Source of the DNA: an uncultured Chloroflexia bacterium | GTDB taxonomy: Bacteria > Chloroflexota > Anaerolineae > B4-G1 > SLSP01 | Length of the DNA: 64,000 nucleotides | NCBI GenBank assembly: GCA_963751345.1 | Contig: CAVVUS010000010.1 | Span: 64,001-128,000, forward strand | Reading direction: 5' to 3' | Shown here: piece by piece, positions 62,051 to 64,000 of the stretch | Numbering within the stretch: position 1 is the stretch's first letter | How the letters are laid out: the number at the start of each line of letters is the position of its first letter | Translations under genes and position numbers: made by a program | Notes under the pieces: generated by a model | The model's input: only the letters and a program-made list of their open reading frames with translations | Databases searched by the model: none | Told to the model about the DNA's origin: nothing

Positions 62051-62110
62051 AGACCTTTGGGGTTTCCCCGTCAAGCAGACGATTACTCGTGAAGAAAACC
62101 CCAGAGGTCT
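62051..62110. repeat. Inverted pair of REP-like 15-mers
   Basis: AGACCTTTGGGGTTT ... AAACCCCAGAGGTCT (one mismatch). Confidence 0.55.
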
Positions 62111-62427
62111 CAGCGCGGGCACACGGCGCGAATCGTGTCCGGCTCGAAGCATCTGAGTGCCCAGACCGGTTTCCCCGGCAAGCCTGCCCAATGGCGCCGC
62201 CTACTTCGTTGGCGGATCAGGTAGGCGCGGAGACAAGCTGTGGGTCCTACAAGTGGACGTTGGCAAGCGTGCGCAACACAGTAGACTGCGTCACGGCCAT
62301 GATCCGGCATGGTCGAGAGCGCCTCGATGTGTGCAAATAGTTCAAGAATCCTGAACTCTATGCACACGTCGTCGTTCAGAATCGGGATGTGTATAATGTC
62401 GTCATAGAGCTTCAACGAGGGGGCAGT

Positions 62428-62616
62428 ATGATAGATAGAATAACCGTTGATCCTGAGATTCACTTTGGAAAGCCTTGCGTAGCCGGGACGCGCATCACGG
62501 TGCAGAATGTTTTGGAGCTACTCGATGAGGATCTGTCCTTCGACGAGATCATTGGGGGCTACTATCCCGATCTGACGCCCGAAGACATTCGGGCCTGTAT
62601 GCAGTACGCTCTCTGA
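62428..62616 (+). CDS. DUF433-family antitoxin-like protein
   Basis: RITVDPEIHFGKPCVAGTRITV..YPDLTPEDIRACMQY; upstream TATAAT and GAGG. Confidence 0.88.
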   Translation: MIDRITVDPEIHFGKPCVAGTRITVQNVLELLDEDLSFDEIIGGYYPDLTPEDIRACMQYAL

Positions 62617-62728
62617 ATCCGATGGTGCAGGCGCGACCTCTCGGTGATCTTGGATAGAATCCTATTCACATGTTGATAAGTGAAGAGCTTTTTATCCAGT
62701 CTCGCCGTCACAACGGTGAGCAGCGACA

Positions 62729-63037
62729 ATGGCATCCGTCACCGATATACAGGAAGCCGAAGCGCTCGAGATCTTCCGCCGGCACGGTGGAACGCTGCGG
62801 ACCAAAGAGGCGCTGGCGCTGGGCATCCATCCGCGCACGCTCTACGCGCTGCGTGACGCCGGGGACCTCGAACGCCTGAGTCGCGGCCTCTATCGCCTGG
62901 CCGAGCTGCCGGCGCCGGCGGAACCCGATCTGGTCATCGTGGCCAAGCGCGCGCCCGGTGCGGTCCTCTGTCTCATCTCGGCCCTCGCCTATCATGGGCT
63001 GACGACACAGATCCCCCACGTGGTGGACCTTAGGTAG
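62729..63037 (+). pseudogene. Type IV TA AbiEi-family antitoxin, truncated
   Basis: HGGTLRTKEALALGI, LERLSRGLYRL, LISALAYHGLTTQIP, then stop at 102 aa. Confidence 0.75.
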
Positions 63038-63141
63038 TAGTCAGCTATCTGCCTAAAGGAGAACCAATCGTCACTTGTGAAGGACCTCTGAAACTGAGTC
63101 TTCACCTGGGCTCCAATGGAGTCTTCGTTCATATCACACCC

Positions 63142-64000
63142 CTAGAACCCGGAGAAGAACGGTATCAACAAAACCCTCCACTCGCCTTTTGGATTACCTC
63201 TGACCCAGCAGTGTCCGGAGGCATCCTCAAACAACATACGAACTGAGAACTGTTTGCTTAAGTCCTGATCGAATCTGGTGTATGAAATCCGAGTGCCAAT
63301 CACTGACACGGCTGGAGCAACATCCTCAATACTGGCCATCTCGAAACCTCGGAGCTGGACTTCTCCGAATAACTCTCTGAGCCAGCCCGCAGTCATCCCG
63401 ACTGTATCTTTTCTGTTCATCGCACAAAGTCGCTGAGCCATCTTGCCGTAATTGCCTACCATCCATAGCTCCAGAAATTCCGCAAGCGCCCTTTCTGGAG
63501 TAAGCTCTCCATACGCAGAAGATGGTCCAGACGTCGGGAAATCCGCTGGAGTTGAGAGATTCCGCGGCTTCCAGGCCTCGATCTTGGCGGTCTCCTCTTG
63601 GTTATCTCTGATAGATTCCAAGATCTCGATCCAGGAGCGTTCGTGCTCAGGTTCAGGCTTAGGCTTTCTGAGAGCAACCACCCAGTCTCGTAGCGCGAAT
63701 AAGGCCGCCCAGGACTTCGCAGCACAAGCCTTGTTATCGTAACCAAGATCCCTTCCATGCAGAATCCCATGTCGATAAGGAATAGTGATCACCTCTGAGG
63801 TAGTCACCGTGCGACTCCTGCCGAGGGTCTTTGCCAGCGTCTGGAGTCCGGTACTATGCGCTGCAATGGAGTCCCAAGCCGTCAGGTCCGTTCCTTCCGC
63901 AAAGAAGCCTTTCAGCGCAATATCATTGACGAGACCCTCGATATTTGCCAGGATCACGGGTACGCAGGCGTAGTATCGTTCCGCTATGTAATCCTCAAGT
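63142..64000 (-). CDS. Hypothetical protein with HEPN-like RxxxxH motif (5' end outside window)
   Basis: Frame open to the window edge (LEDYIAERYYACVPVILANIEG..); YRHGILHG motif; visibly lower GC than flanks. Confidence 0.7.
   Translation of the reverse strand, partial: LEDYIAERYYACVPVILANIEGLVNDIALKGFFAEGTDLTAWDSIAAHSTGLQTLAKTLGRSRTVTTSEVITIPYRHGILHGRDLGYDNKACAAKSWAALFALRDWVVALRKPKPEPEHERSWIEILESIRDNQEETAKIEAWKPRNLSTPADFPTSGPSSAYGELTPERALAEFLELWMVGNYGKMAQRLCAMNRKDTVGMTAGWLRELFGEVQLRGFEMASIEDVAPAVSVIGTRISYTRFDQDLSKQFSVRMLFEDASGHCWVRGNPKGEWRVLLIPFFSGF

Noticed and set aside
62232-62290. DKLWVLQVDVG peptide resembling a CsaA/MetRS tRNA-binding domain
   Set aside because: Match too short and no supporting ORF structure
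61780-62340. ORF with in-frame TAG at 61804 (possible readthrough/pyrrolysine) continuing into ORF 61882-62340
   Set aside because: No pyl genes, no recognisable domain, and the ORF runs through a REP-like repeat; likely a remnant or spurious

Overview
GC-rich bacterial chromosomal window, most consistent with Chloroflexota (Anaerolineae-like). This is inferred from gene content and the FPETGH-type surface protein, not from a database search. Bases 1-59,400 are mainly core or metabolic genes. They include two ECF sigma factors, a GH25 muramidase, a two-component pair, an opp/dpp operon, trmD, a GH4 glycosidase, ssnA, hflX-rlmE-sbcC, rlmD, rpsO-pnp, clpC, xerC and a 6S RNA. They continue with bcp, dgt, rluB-cmk-lpdA followed by a divergent pyrK/pyrD-like pair, menG, a Na+-pumping acyl-CoA decarboxylase with a Vor-type 2-oxoacid:ferredoxin oxidoreductase, a CoA transferase with an enoyl-CoA hydratase, an ABC-2 exporter and an enolase-superfamily gene. 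About a dozen genes are split by frameshifts, including essential trmD, which points to uncorrected assembly indels. The most striking region is ~59,500-64,000. It holds a mirror-image pair of divergent sigma70 promoters, each with a LexA-type GAAC-N4-GTTC box in its spacer. The rightward promoter precedes an unknown ORF and a wHTH protein whose gene carries phased iteron-like repeats, as in lambda O. The leftward promoter fires into an ORF-poor region whose transcript would be complementary over 24 nt to the leader of that wHTH gene. Two orphan antitoxins and a low-GC HEPN-like gene follow. Other oddities are a Walker-A-less ABC domain co-transcribed with an ECF sigma factor, an isolated tRNA-Ser 3' fragment and several loop-less perfect palindromes.
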